DNA of 64,000 nt from positions 23,002,001-23,066,000 of the forward strand of contig NC_082731.1 in assembly GCF_030144855.1 (NCBI RefSeq), in the 5' to 3' direction. The translations under genes and the position numbers were made by a program. Source of the DNA: Hypanus sabinus (Eukaryota). The notes below the pieces were generated by a model. That model saw only the letters and a program-made list of their open reading frames with translations, was not told the DNA's origin and did not search any database. Shown piece by piece: positions 23,444-35,859 of the stretch (positions within the stretch are counted from its first letter, which is position 1; every line of letters begins with the position of its first letter).

Positions 23444-25241
23444 TTATGGTCTCCCTTATACTTATCATTAGTTGGTCGGATTAATGCTATTAAAATGATG
23501 ATTCTACCAAAAATTTTATATTTATTTCAAGCTTTACAAATTTTTATTCCTAAATCTTTTTTTGATAACATTGACTCAAAAAGTTCTTCATTCCTGTGGC
23601 AAAAGAAAAATCCTAGGTTAAGTAAAAGACAATTACAAAAATCCAAAAATGTTGGTGGTTTAGCCTTACCTAACGTAAGATTTTACTATTGGGCGAATAA
23701 TATTCGTAACTTAATTTATTGGTAATCAGATTTGGATTCACCATTGTGCCCACAGTGGGTAAATTTAGAATGCAATGAGGCACAGGGATATTCTCTATTC
23801 TCCACTTTGGGTTCTTCTCTTACTGCCCATTTAGTTAAATTCAATAAACAGATATCCAACACTGTTGCCAAACATACATTACGAATTTGATTTCAATTTC
23901 GTAAATTTTTACTCTGAAAAACTTTGCTCTTGATAGCCCTGTTTTACTTTTTTTTTTTTTCAAACCTTCTTTGACAGATCAAGCTTTTAGGAATATGGAA
24001 AAGGAAAGGTATAAAATGCTTTCGTGATCTCTTTTTTGAAGGTAGTTTGATGTCGTTCGACCAACGTTCCAACAAATTTGAGTTACCTAAATCTAACTTT
24101 TTTTAGATCTCGACAAATCAGATATTTTTTACATAAAATTCTACTGTCCTTTCCCAATTCAACTTCAATGGACTTTTTAGGTTTGATTTTTACCATTAAT
24201 CCATATCAGAAAGGATAAGTGCCTTTCATTTATAATATGATTATGAAGATACAACCTGAAATATCAGGTAGAATTAAACAAGAATGGGAAAAAAGAACTC
24301 CAATATAATATATCAATAGAAAAATGGGGAAAAATACAAATGGTTAATTCTTCTTCTCTATGTGCTAAACATGCTCTAATACAATTTAAAGATGAACTTA
24401 GAGCTCATATGTCTAAAGATAAACTTGCTCGATTCTACTCTCATATTAACCCTCAATGTGACAGATGTCATTCAGATGTGGCTACATTGACCCATATGTT
24501 TTGGTCATGTCCCAACTTATATATCTATTGGAAGGACATATTTGCTACCATTTACTCAATTTGGAATATCGATTTACAACCTCATTTTATTACTGCAATT
24601 TTTGGTATACCAAATGAGGATGGTATTCAGTTTTCCCCTTCAATTAGACGAGGGATTGCTTTTGTAACAATAATGGCTAGAAGGTCTATATTACAAAATT
24701 GAAAAGAAATAAATCCTCCTACCACGTCTCAGTGACTCTTTAAAACTATTTCTTGTTTGAGCTTAGAAAAAAATTAGAAGCACTATTTTTGACTCATCAG
24801 TTAAATTTGAAGAAACTTGGGGACCGTTCATTCGACATTTTCATATGAATTAATTTGACCTCTCCCAGACCTTCTCCCTATTTATTCTTGCTGTGGTATG
24901 GAGTTCCGGAGTTTTTGACACTATCACATACAAATAAAATGTTATTATTGCCCATGTTAGTTTAGTTTAGTATTTATTTTTCAATATACATTTTTATTGT
25001 TTGTATTTTCACATTTTTTTCTTTTTCTTTGTCGATTATTCTTATTTTTTCATATAATCATTATAGGCTTGATTGATAATGTACTATGTTTTTCTGTTGA
25101 TATTTTAATGGGATATTGTTATCATATTATTAATCTAATTTCAAGTCTAATGTATTTATAACCTATTCATTATTATGTTATGTTTATATATATATATAAT
25201 TCAATAAAAGGATTGAAAAAAGAAAAAAAGAGAAAAAAAAA
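23444..25241 (+). mobile_element. L1 LINE 3' segment (ORF2 C-terminus, 3'UTR, polyA)
   Basis: WSPLYLSLVGRINAIKMMILPKILYLFQ...CDRCHSDVATLTHMFWSC (CCHC). Stop at 24851-24853, AATAAA at 25203, A-tail 25216-25241. Candidate TSD AAAAGTT at 19159-19165 and 25238-25244. Confidence 0.93.
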
Positions 25242-25349
25242 GTTTTATGCAGTTTTATTTCATTTTAAATGTCAAACGGGTTTTTTGGCTCCCAGTGTTT
25301 TATGTTCTGTGGGAACAGGATCCATCAGGCTCTTTCAGTGGTAAAGGTT

Positions 25350-27230
25350 TCTAAATCAAAATACAGAGGTACCAACAAGAGGGGATACACTATTAGATCT
25401 CCTATTTAGAAACGAGTTAAGACAGGTTACGAAAGTGTGTGTAGGGGAAAACATTGATTCCAGTGATCATAACTGCATTAGTTTCAACTTGCTCATGGAC
25501 AAAAATAGATCTGGTCCGCGGGTTGACGTTTTAAACTGGAAAAAAGACAAATTTGAAGAAATAAGATAGGAAGCAAAGAGAATGGATTCGGACAGTTCGT
25601 TATCTGGGAAGGATTTGATTGGTAAGTGGGAGGCATTCAAAGGGAAATTTTGAGAGGGCAGACATTGTATTTTCCTGTCAGGATTAAAGGCTAAGTGAAT
25701 TATAATAAGAAACGAAGGTTCTTGAGGGATATTTCAACTCAGATAAAGAGGAGGATAGGGTGTTAAAAACATGTGTAGGAAACGTGAATAAATAGGTGCT
25801 TGCGGAGTATAAAATTTGCAAAAAAATTTAAGACACTTATCAGGAGGGCTAACATGAGACATGTGGTTGTTTTGGCAGTCAAGGTAATGGATAATACTAA
25901 GAGCTTCTATAGATATATTAAGAACAAAAGGATAGTTAGTGATGAAATTAGTCCTCTTGAAGATCAGAGTGGTCGGCCATACACGGAAGCAAAAGCAATG
26001 TGGGACATCTTATATGACTTTTCTTGCGTCTCTGTTTACTATGGAAACTGGTATGGAGTCTATGTAAATAAGACAAACAGTTAGTGAGGTCATGCAACCT
26101 ATACAGATTAACGAAAAGGAGCTCCTTGCTGTCTTCAGGCACATCAGAATAGATATATTCGCAAGACCTGACAGGATATTCCCTCGGAACTCGAAGGAGA
26201 ATAGTCTTAATATGGCAGGGTCCCTGGCAGATATATTTTAAATGTCGGTATCTACCGGTGAGGTGATTGGAGGATATCTCATGTTGTTCCGTTGTTTAGA
26301 GAAGGCACTATATGTCTACCGGGGAATTGTTAGCCTGTACTTTTGTAGTCATTGATAGGTAAGTTATTGGAAGGCGTACTAAGAGATAATATCTACAATT
26401 ATTGAGGTAGACGGGACTTATTAGGGACAGTCAACATGGCTTTGCGCGTGGCAGGACCTGTTTAATCAATCTATCATAGTTTTTCGAGGAAGTTATCAAG
26501 AATGTGCATGAAGGGAAGGCAGTGGATATAGACTGCATGGACTTCAGTAAGGCCTTTGACAAGCTCCCGCATGGGAGGATAGTTAGGAAGACTGAGTACC
26601 TTGGTGTGCATAGTGAGTTAGTGAATTAGATTAGATATTGGCTCAGTGGGAAAAGCCAGAAAGTAGTACTGGAGGATTGTTTCTCTGAGTGGTGACCTGC
26701 GACTAGTTGTGTATCAGATGGATCAGTGCTGGGCCATTATTATCTGTCATCTACATCAATGATCTGGATGATAAATTACGAAACTGGATCAGCAAATCTG
26801 CTGATGACACAAAGATTGGAGTTGTAGCGGACAGTGAGGACGGCTTGCAAAGCTTGTAGAGGAATTTGGACCACCTGGAAAAATGGGCTGTAAAATTGAG
26901 TTTAATGCAGGCAAATGTAAGGTATTGCACTTTTGGAAGTGCAAACCACGGTAGAATATACCAGGTAAATGTTAGGATACTGAGGAGTGCTGAACAAAAG
27001 AGGGATCTGAGAATAAATATACTTAATTCGCCAAAAGTGGCGTCAAATATAGATACGGTCGTTAAGAGAGCTCTTGGCACAATGCCCTTTATGAATCAAA
27101 GTACTGAGTATTATAGTTTGAATGTTTTGCATAAGTCATTGCTGAGGCCGAATGTGGAATATTCTGTGATGTTTTCTTTTCACCTAATTACAGGAATGTT
27201 ACTAATAAGATTAGAAGAGAGCACGAGAGA
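25350..27230 (+). mobile_element. CR1 LINE continuation (endonuclease end, RT), decayed
   Basis: LDLL..N...SDHN, QHGFARGRTCLINL..FFEEV, MDFSKAFDKLPHGRIV, SVIYINDLDD..ISKSADDTKIG. Colinear with 56685-58460. Confidence 0.88.
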
Positions 27231-29869
27231 GAGTTAGAAAGACAGGGATACAGATGCTTAAACTGAGACATAACCACTGGAGAATATTCTTCCTTTCTCA
27301 TACTCATTCCCAAGCACTAATGATGATCACTGAAGATGATACCTGCACTTGACAGTGAGTCTGTATTTTGTCCTGCCAGGTTGGCGTTTGGATCTCAACT
27401 TTATTGTCGGCCTGTCCACACATTTTGCTCATATCGTTCAGAACTTCGGATAAATATTTTGGCACCCAGCAACTCTCGGAGATAATAGTTTAGAAAGGAC
27501 AGAGTATAATAATGAACTTTAATTATGGTGCAATGTTTGATGCAGATACTGTTCTTAGTACCTACAGTATCCCGGAGATTCGTCGATAAATCCACTGAAG
27601 AGACTAAGCCTTGGTTACGCACATCATACGCCCGATTTGCAAGATAGGTATTCCGGATTGCACGAGAGAGACTGCTTCAGGTTAATTTAAGTAAATCTGG
27701 AGTAATTTTCTCTACGTCAGTCTTGTTTCTTATATTATCATGCTTAAACTGCTTTCGGCAAAAAAGCAGGTGTACAACCATGCTGAATAAGAAACCTCGA
27801 GATCCCACGAGGGTGCATTCTTAACGGGGTGAGATAAAACGTTGTTTCAGCAATTCAAGAAGACAGATCAGAAAGACCATGCTGGTATATGAGGCGGAAT
27901 AGGGTTTGGCAAGTCCAGGTGGTGAAAGCAGCGGTTGGTGAAATACGGTGTGTAAACCATAAGATACCTCCAGATGTGTTACTAGATTCGCTTTTCACTC
28001 AGCAATCTTCTTTTCTTTGCACCCAAGACTTCGGGGCAACTTATCTGCAAAAAAATCAAGTTCAATGAGAAAAAAGAAACAAAACAAAGTTCAGCATACT
28101 AAAAGAAACATTTCTTGTGTATTATTTTCTCCCAACTCAATACCAAGAGCAATCTTGCATGAGGTCGTGAAGGGCATAGATTGTGCGGATATACAGAGGC
28201 GTATTGCCAAGGCTGATGTAGCTAACACGAGGGGTGGCATAGTTTTCATATGCTACAAAATAAGTGCAGATGGGATGTCAGGGGAGGATTTTCACACATG
28301 GAGTGGCGAGTGCATGGATTGCACTAACGGCGGCCGTGGTGGGAGCATATACCTTATATGCATATATCTTTTAAAAGCCTCTAAGATCGTAGTATAGAGG
28401 TTAGGCAAATAGAGGGTAATGCATTAGCGAACTTCTAGTCGGTTTCTAGGGTAGACTGCATGGTCGTAAAACATTCGCCTGTAATGTGTTGTAGATTTCC
28501 ATTTTTACTTTCTATTTTCCTGCTGTTATATAGAATATAGGAAATTATATAGAATATAGGAATATAGGAAATTATTCACTTGTGTTGAATGCATCCCCTT
28601 TGACCTAAATTACCTCTTTCAGATAGCCTCAGTACTTATATCTTCAGGTGCGTCTCATCAGCAGGCAGAACACAGGTCGAGTCATGATGTTGATTCAACT
28701 GTTACTTGGAACAGTACATACATTTTGGTGTATAATATTGCAGGTCGCATTTCTCATTGCAGAGAAGGAGGACTTGTAATCCAGGAGTTAAGTGAAACAT
28801 CGTAATAAGAAATTATAACAACAGTTAGAAGAACCCAAAGTTGTTAATGAGTATTCGCAATATTTCACGCAGTTCACCTTTTCCAATCGCATTTTTAAGC
28901 ATTAGTGGTCTCTCCTCTCTTTGTATTTGTTTTTTTTTTAAAGCAAGAATAATTTTTTTGCAGAGTTCATTGTGAACATTCATTTGAATATTTTTTTGAA
29001 TTCGCACTCATCTCTTGAGGTTGTTTTGTATTTCCTGATGTATGATGGCCGGATAAATTTAGCCCATCCACATTTAGACTCAAAGATCTTCTTGAATGAA
29101 TCAAATCCCGTTGCTTGACACGGTGGAAGAATAATTATTGCGAAACAGACGAGTTCCTTTCATTCCAATCAATGCATTTTACAGTTGTTCATTCAGATTT
29201 TCCACTCCAAATGACCAAAATATTCAAATTTCATAAAATTGCTATTATACAACAATGTTCTTAAAACTTCTTTGTTGGACTGTCTCAAAAATGTGTCTTA
29301 ATTTAAATGCACTTGAAATGAATATTGATGGAAATGTTTATCGAATGATATTGTCACATCTGCTCTATTCTTAAATAAAATTTCGGCCCATGCAATCTTA
29401 TCAATAAATCCCTCGCTACTTTTGACCCATACCGCTTGACCGATTTGAAGCTTCAATTAATATCCAAATTAAGTTCTGAATATATATTATTAACGACTGT
29501 GCCTCCACAAGTCTCTGTCGTAAATAGTCAGAGGCCAATGGGAAAGTAACTTCTTGGTCAATAAAGTTTTCGAAACAAAACTTCTACCCTGTGTTATAAG
29601 TAATATTTCCCCCAGAGCAAGATGCCACAATGAGGACAAACCCAGCAAACCCACCGTCCAGAAAAACGCAAACACGCAAATCAGTATGTTTCAGCAATTT
29701 CTTGTTAAATATATTTATCTTTTTTTCGGATAATGTTGATGTTTCTCTATTTTCTCGGAACTTAGATCAATGCTTCAACTGTTTTTTCCTTAATTGTTTT
29801 TTTTTTTTTGTTTCTGATTGAGTAATCCTGCTTTGATATCCAAATGTGAGCCTAGAAGCAAACACAGAA

Positions 29870-30170
29870 ACATGGAAACTTAGAAAGCCTGCAGAACAAT
29901 ACAGGCTATCCGGCCCACAAATTTGTGCTGAACTTGTACCTGCCATAGACATTACTAGCGTTACCGATAGCCCTCTATTTTTCTCAGTCCCGTGTAGCTA
30001 TCCAAAAGCCTCTTAAAAGACCGTATCCTATCCGCCTTCACTATCGTTGCCGAATGCCCATTCCACACACTTACGAATCTCCAAGTAAGAAACTTACCGC
30101 TGATGTCAATTCTGAACCTACTGACAAGCACCTTAAACCTATGCCCTCTTGTGGCCTCTCAAGTCCGTGT
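29870..30170 (-). mobile_element. CR1-type LINE 3' end
   Basis: catggaaacttagaaagcctgcagaacaatacaggc...ccctctattttt...atccaaaagcctcttaaaagacc...aaacctatgccctcttgtg. The paralog is at ~62670-62960. Confidence 0.65.
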
Positions 30171-30336
30171 CCTTGCTTCTGCAACGGACATTGAAACATT
30201 CAACGACTGTGTGTTATACACTACATTTTAGCAATGCTAAAAAAAAAACACTCAACAGGCTGGCATGGATATTTGAAGAAGATGTCAATTTAAGATGTGT
30301 ATTTTATTTCACATTTGATTTTACGGTTGCTGCGCT

Positions 30337-30338
<2 letters not shown>

Positions 30339-30409
<71 letters not shown>
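30339..30409. repeat. (TC)n microsatellite
   Basis: Direct reading. Only a short degenerate version exists at the paralogous site (~63129-63145). Confidence 0.95.
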
Positions 30410-30412
<3 letters not shown>

Positions 30413-31529
30413 CCCACACCTACCCCCCGGACTTTTCTCGCGGTTCTTTTCCCTCCACCTTTAGTTCGGTATCGCTCTTTGTCTTAGTTACTCACTCGGT
30501 AACTAACACATTACAATTTCCCAGAAGGATCCATTAACTGATTTTTTTTTTCTCTGCATAGCACGTTTTTCACAGATGCCGGCAATCCACTTTTACTTGC
30601 ATATAAACATAGAAATCCTACAACAAAATGCAAGCCTTTCGACCCGTAAAGGAGTGCGGAGCAGGTCGTACCTCACAAATGAGCTGGGGGATTCCATCGC
30701 CCTCTATTATTCGAAGCTCCTTATACCTATACAGGAGCCTCTTAAAAGACAGAGGCAGCAACTCCATTTCCATTTCTCGCATTAAATTGCAAGAGTTATT
30801 AAATTACCTTATTCGCTGTTCCTTCCACATAGTTTCCTTTACAGGAAAACATATTTTATGCCACCATTGACAAAACTTCCAGCAAAACAGATTCAGGGCA
30901 TAATGTTTTAGACATGAAAATACTTTACTTTTACCTCCTTCACATGCATGAGGAGTAAACATCTATATTTCATATCTTTGTCTCAATGTGCAATCTGCAA
31001 TCATAGCAATTTATAATAATTTATAATCAATAGGACTGTGAAGGTGAGATGTTAATGCGCCCCTCATCGTGAGTTAATCAGTCTGATTGGCTGTTGGAAG
31101 AAGCTGCCGCTGTGCATGTTGGTCCTGTATTTTATGCCGAATGATTTCAGCTGTAATAGATTACTTTTGGGGTGAATAGGGCCCGATGATCTTTCGGGCC
31201 CTTTAACACATCTGTCTTTTTAAATGTCCGGAATTATGGGTTCACAGCTGCTGATTCTCTGGGTTTTCCTCTGCAACTCACCGCAGAATCATGCGATTAA
31301 GGGAAGGACAGTTCCTCTGCTAGGCAGTGATACAGCCAAGAAGGATGCTCTCAAATGTGGCCCTGTAGAAAATTCGTCGTATTTGGTGCCCATACAAAAC
31401 AAACTCCACCGTCTGAAGGGACGGTGACTTCTTCCCTCTATGACGCCAAATTATTTATTGAGATTGGGATAGACAGTGCAGTATCGTCCGCAAATTTATA
31501 TAGCAGATTAGAGCTCTGGGTGGCGACAA

Positions 31530-33070
31530 ATTGATGGTTACACAGGGATTAAAGGGGGACACTTACTATACAGCTCTAAAGGGCTCCTGTGTGATGTGCT
31601 CCGGGGTGGATGTGACAGATAACACTCTTATCATCTCCGTGGAGTGCGTCTCTGGGTGCATGATCTCTTATGCCGAACCAATACTGCTCCTCCCCACCCC
31701 AAAAAAAAAAATGTTCCAGGATCGCCCCGCACTGAGCGAACCCGGGCTTGTGTTTCCGTGGCGGAGGTAGTAACTGTCGAAGAGGAGCCCGTGAGACAGG
31801 TGCAACCAGCGCCGCGCCGACCCCGACTTTGTCCACGAAAGGATCATTGCTACCGGTGTGGCTTAGCAGGTCATTTCGCCCGGGAATGCTCCGCACCGGC
31901 ACAACGCTACAGCTCAGAGCAGCCATTGGGAAATGGCGAGTGGGAGCGCAGCCCGAGACCTCCAGTAGAACCACTCCGTATTTTCCGTTTGGGTGAGGAG
32001 CAAGGATTATACGTGGACTGCATGGTATAGGGCATCAAATGGTGTGCGTTGGTGGACACCGGGACAACCATCAGCATCATTTGTTCAAGTACAAGCCATT
32101 CTCGCCTGGCAGTCCAGCTGGTGCGGCCATCGGAAAGAGTGCGTCAATTCGAAAGAAGAGCGGTTTTCGCATCAGAGTGGAGAAAAACGCAGTCGTGCAC
32201 GAGGTGTGGCTCGCCGACATTAAACAGTCCTGAACCCAAGGCCTGGACCTGCTGCACAGCTGGGCGACCCATGTGGATGCCACACTCTCCCTGGTACTAA
32301 AAAGTGTGGTGGTGCAGCAACCAGAGCCAGTTTCATAGCAGCCCGTGGTAGTGCAGCACACCCGGCCGCGGCACAGTGCAACACAGCTGAAACACGGGCA
32401 AAAAGCGTTTATATCGTATCAGGAGACAACCCGCGACAACTTCGATATCATGGACCAGCAGTTGTGCAGCGAACAGGTGGGCAATCCACTGTTGGCCCAG
32501 GTGAGGGAATGGCAGAGTGTAGTACAGCCTGGATACAGAAACCAAAGCCCTATATTGTACTCGCTGTAGGGAATGCTGGAGGTCCACAACGGGCTTCTCT
32601 TCAGGCGGTAACATGTCCGATGGTGACAGACCCTTACAGCAGAAGACCTGCCGGGGTCTCTATGCCACAGTGCTGTGTTCGTTCCTTGGGTTGGTGGCGG
32701 CAGTCCGTATAGGGGTTGCAAAGTTGCTGGGTAGGATGGCTGAACGTTTTTATTGGCTTGGGTAATGCTTGTGCACTGCCGCGGCTCTTGCAAGACCCCG
32801 AAAGGGCTGGCCGCCAGTGTAGTGTCTCAATACATTAGTACATGTTCGAGGTCCCAGTATGGGTGTACAGACCCTTTCGGAAGAAGTGACTATCGGTCAG
32901 GCTTGAAAGCAATTGGAAGTGAACGGGAGAGGTACTCCACAGCATGTATAACGTGTTTAATAGGGTGCGGTTGCCTGAGTTGCGGAAGGCAGTCTGGTTG
33001 CACCGGGTCTGTCCGGCATAGTGTCAGACTTTGGCCACCACTAATCCCGCGACGCTGAAGGACGGAAGTG
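31530..33070 (+). mobile_element. Internally deleted Gypsy element: gag zinc knuckle, protease, integrase fragments
   Basis: CYRCGLAGHFAREC (CCHC; ORF 31644-32030), then LVDTGTTISII (aspartic protease; ORF 32049-32300), followed by decayed pol/int-like sequence. Confidence 0.8.
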
Positions 33071-34399
33071 ACACTCGGAATGTACTGGCTCCTGCCTCAC
33101 ACAAACAGGCAGCAGTGTCACCGCCCTTCAGACTTTTAATCCTTGCTATTAACTCTGCGCTTGCCGGGGATAGTTGACCGCTTGGGTGCGAGCAGTGTGA
33201 CTTTCCGGATGAAAGCGCGGTGGACAGCCTGCCTCTGCATTTTAATGACCAGTACTGTTTATTCTTCTTCTGTTAAGGAGATGGTGGAACAGTTTGTTTA
33301 TTACATTTTAGCTGGAGTTATACTGTTACTTGCTTGTGTATTTCTGGGCCATCCTAACTTCAAACGGAGTTAATGATGGTCCCCTCCCCCGTCGGTGTGA
33401 GACGGTGGGTACTCTGTGTCTATTACAATAAAACTTTTTTTGAGATTTCGAGCTTCCTTGTCTGTCATCGTGGACCAAATGCTGGCCACAGTATTATATT
33501 TTGAATATGGAAACCAGTATGCAGTTTGTTTTTTTTTTAAATATATGACCTCGGCTTTCAGCGGACTCGAATCTTCGAATGAATACTTGTAATTGCTTAT
33601 CTTGTAAGAATTAGATCCAAGGACACGAGCCATGTTGTTTCATAATACAATATTGTGCAGAAACACAATTTTCAATATCGGACTGGTTATATTTTATCAC
33701 AAATAATCTGGATGTTTATGTTGGCTATATTCTTTTTCTTTTTTCTCAATTCATAAGGCTACAAGAGCATTCTTTGCTTCGGAAATCGATTTGTACAGCC
33801 ATAATATTAAATGTGCTCACTGTGTTAATTGGAGTTTGAAAACCATTGTCGGAGCCTCCGTTGAATAAAGCGCACTCCACCTCGATATTCCTGTCTATTT
33901 GTATTGCATTTAAATAGCATCAAATTTCCTCAGCAGGTTAATGTCCCAAACAATTGGGTGACGATGTGACATCCCTTTAGATGCGGGATACTAACGAATT
34001 TCGGAGAAAATGACCTTCTTTGACAATATGAGTTTTGACATGTATTTTGAATTAAATTATTAGTTTTTTTTTCATAAAATTGGGAAAATGGCCAAAATGC
34101 AAAGCCACCAAAACCTAAACCTGAAATAGAAAATTAAATACGCAAAAATAGTGTAGGAATGCAACTGGAACAGTTGGACGTTTTTTCGTGACACAAACAT
34201 TTATTTTCTTTATCAATGACCCTAAGAAGCACACTGATTTATATTAATTTTGAAAACCAGGAAAAGCCAAATAACTTTTTAAATCTTTGCTTTCAGTGAT
34301 TTACTTTAAATTTGAAGGGATAGCCGCGGATATGCAGGTTTTCATTTCTCGATTATTTCCCAGAGCAGCACTACACCGGATCCCATGTATCCCTGGGAA

Positions 34400-35300
34400 T
34401 TACGAGCACTCTGACAAGTATTTGAGTCAGGTACTGAGACGGTTGAAATATCAAATTCCATGCACCGTTCTAATTGGCGATCTTGGTCCCTACGCAGGTG
34501 GACAGTCAACAGCTGTGCACCTTTACGTATAATGAACAATAATATTCCTGGACCAGCGTGCCTCAGGGCTATACTGAACGTCCTGCGAAATATGTAGCTA
34601 ACGTATACTTCACAGCTGCAGGCTACACGTGTCATTTTATAATATGTTTCTAACTATACGACGCGACCAGTCCTCTACTCATCCATCCATGAGCCGAAAC
34701 TTCAGTATGAATGATAAATCGTCTCAAGAATATTTGTTTTAGACACAATATTTCCCATTCCAAATGAAGGCATTCCGGATAGCTGGTGGTCTGTGCAAGA
34801 TGCGCGAGATTTCAGCTAGATAGCACAGCCCATTCCTCGGGTGAATAGCGAACATAAATTCTACTTTGGCCGTTCTGCTCACTGATTCTCAATGATGCAC
34901 GGTGAATCATCTCTACTCCAACTTTTTCTAAGACCTTTCACACAAGAATAGTTAGTACCAATGCGCCTTTACGTATTATGAACAATTATATATCTGGCCG
35001 AAATTGTCTCAGAGAAACACTCACCCGCCAGCGATGTGTGCAGCTGGCATACACTTCACTTCTGCCATTCACCCGTATTATTTTACACTACTGCTCTACG
35101 TAAATGACGAACCATGTCTTTTTCTAATCCATTCCTACAGAGGAGGATCAACCTACTGCTTTTTTACACAAGGTACTCTCTTCAGTTAAGTGATGATGTA
35201 ACTGTAGCCATTGATCAGAAGAAAATGTCGTCAGGTGGAGCTCAGCTTTCATGGAGTGTTTCAGCGCTAACTACTCCACTCTCTAGTTGGCGGGTCACCA
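34400..35300 (+). mobile_element. Decayed ERV-type pol (RT to RNase H)
   Basis: CTFTYNEQ*YSWTSVPQGYTERPA (~34516-34590) resembles FAFT..GQQYTWT.LPQG...SP. A possible AQ..L.ALT RNase H trace lies near 35240. Confidence 0.55.
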
Positions 35301-35859
35301 AGACACTGCCCAGGAAGTCCTGACTTCCAGATTCACAACTCTCGGCTGCACTATTTCCAGAAAGTGGCGCTATCTGCTTCCTGCCCCAGTAACGTGAGCA
35401 ACTGGTTCTTGGTCTGTTCGTTAAGGTCCAGCTCAGAGAGAAACTTCCGAGCTGATTTGTCGTGGAAACTCTATAGCTAATACCCACGGGGAATAACCAT
35501 CTCTGACAACCTTTGTCGGTACGCTCACGCACTGGTACTTCATGGCCTTCCACGTTTAACCCTCCCCTCATCACACCACCCGTTGTACTATGATCTCTAA
35601 CAGGATGATTTTCTTTTGCCTTTGTTTTTGTTGCATTTTGTAGTCGATCGTAAGATATTTTTTTTGTATTAACTCAGTTAAATGCAGGTTCCTCGCCACA
35701 TCAACCTTCATTTACTGTCATTTGGCAGTTTGCAACAGATTGGAATTAAGCATTTTTGATGGCAAAGGCGTTGACTTTCATTTAAGAAAATGAGTGCGTT
35801 GTTTCCCGTTTACGTCATCTGGTCTCTGTTTAGACCCCTGTCGTTCCAGTGTGTCAGGA

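Larger units (their letters stand above)
18461..25349 (+). mobile_element. Non-autonomous hAT (Charlie-like) element of ~0.8 kb hosting an L1; right TIR truncated
   Basis: Left TIR CAGGGGTCGGCAACC at 18461, preceded by the target GTCTAGAC (18453-18460; NTCTAGAN type). The right end gctctttcagtggtaaaggtt is cut at ~25349. The empty site gggtctagacgggttacag is at 56642-56660. Confidence 0.8.
1..31162 (+). repeat. Segmental (tandem) duplication, unit 1 of a TCR V-gene cassette
   Basis: Colinear similarity to 40868-63907. Blocks: 1-~10980 with 40868-~53625, ~16225-18460 with ~53630-56651, and ~25350-31162 with ~56685-63907. Anchors include tcgggaacc..agacgtct (1) vs tcaggaacc..agacgtct (40869), and gctgtaatagatt (to 31162) vs the same motif (to 63907). 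Confidence 0.95.

Noticed and set aside
27300-28400. Long semi-open reading frames shared with 60050-61250
   Set aside because: Several frames on both strands are partly open with scattered stops and no identifiable motif. No product can be supported.
33370-33633. 87-aa minus-strand ORF with good start context
   Set aside because: No recognisable motif, no paralog in the window and no splice support. Compatible with chance or a TE fragment.
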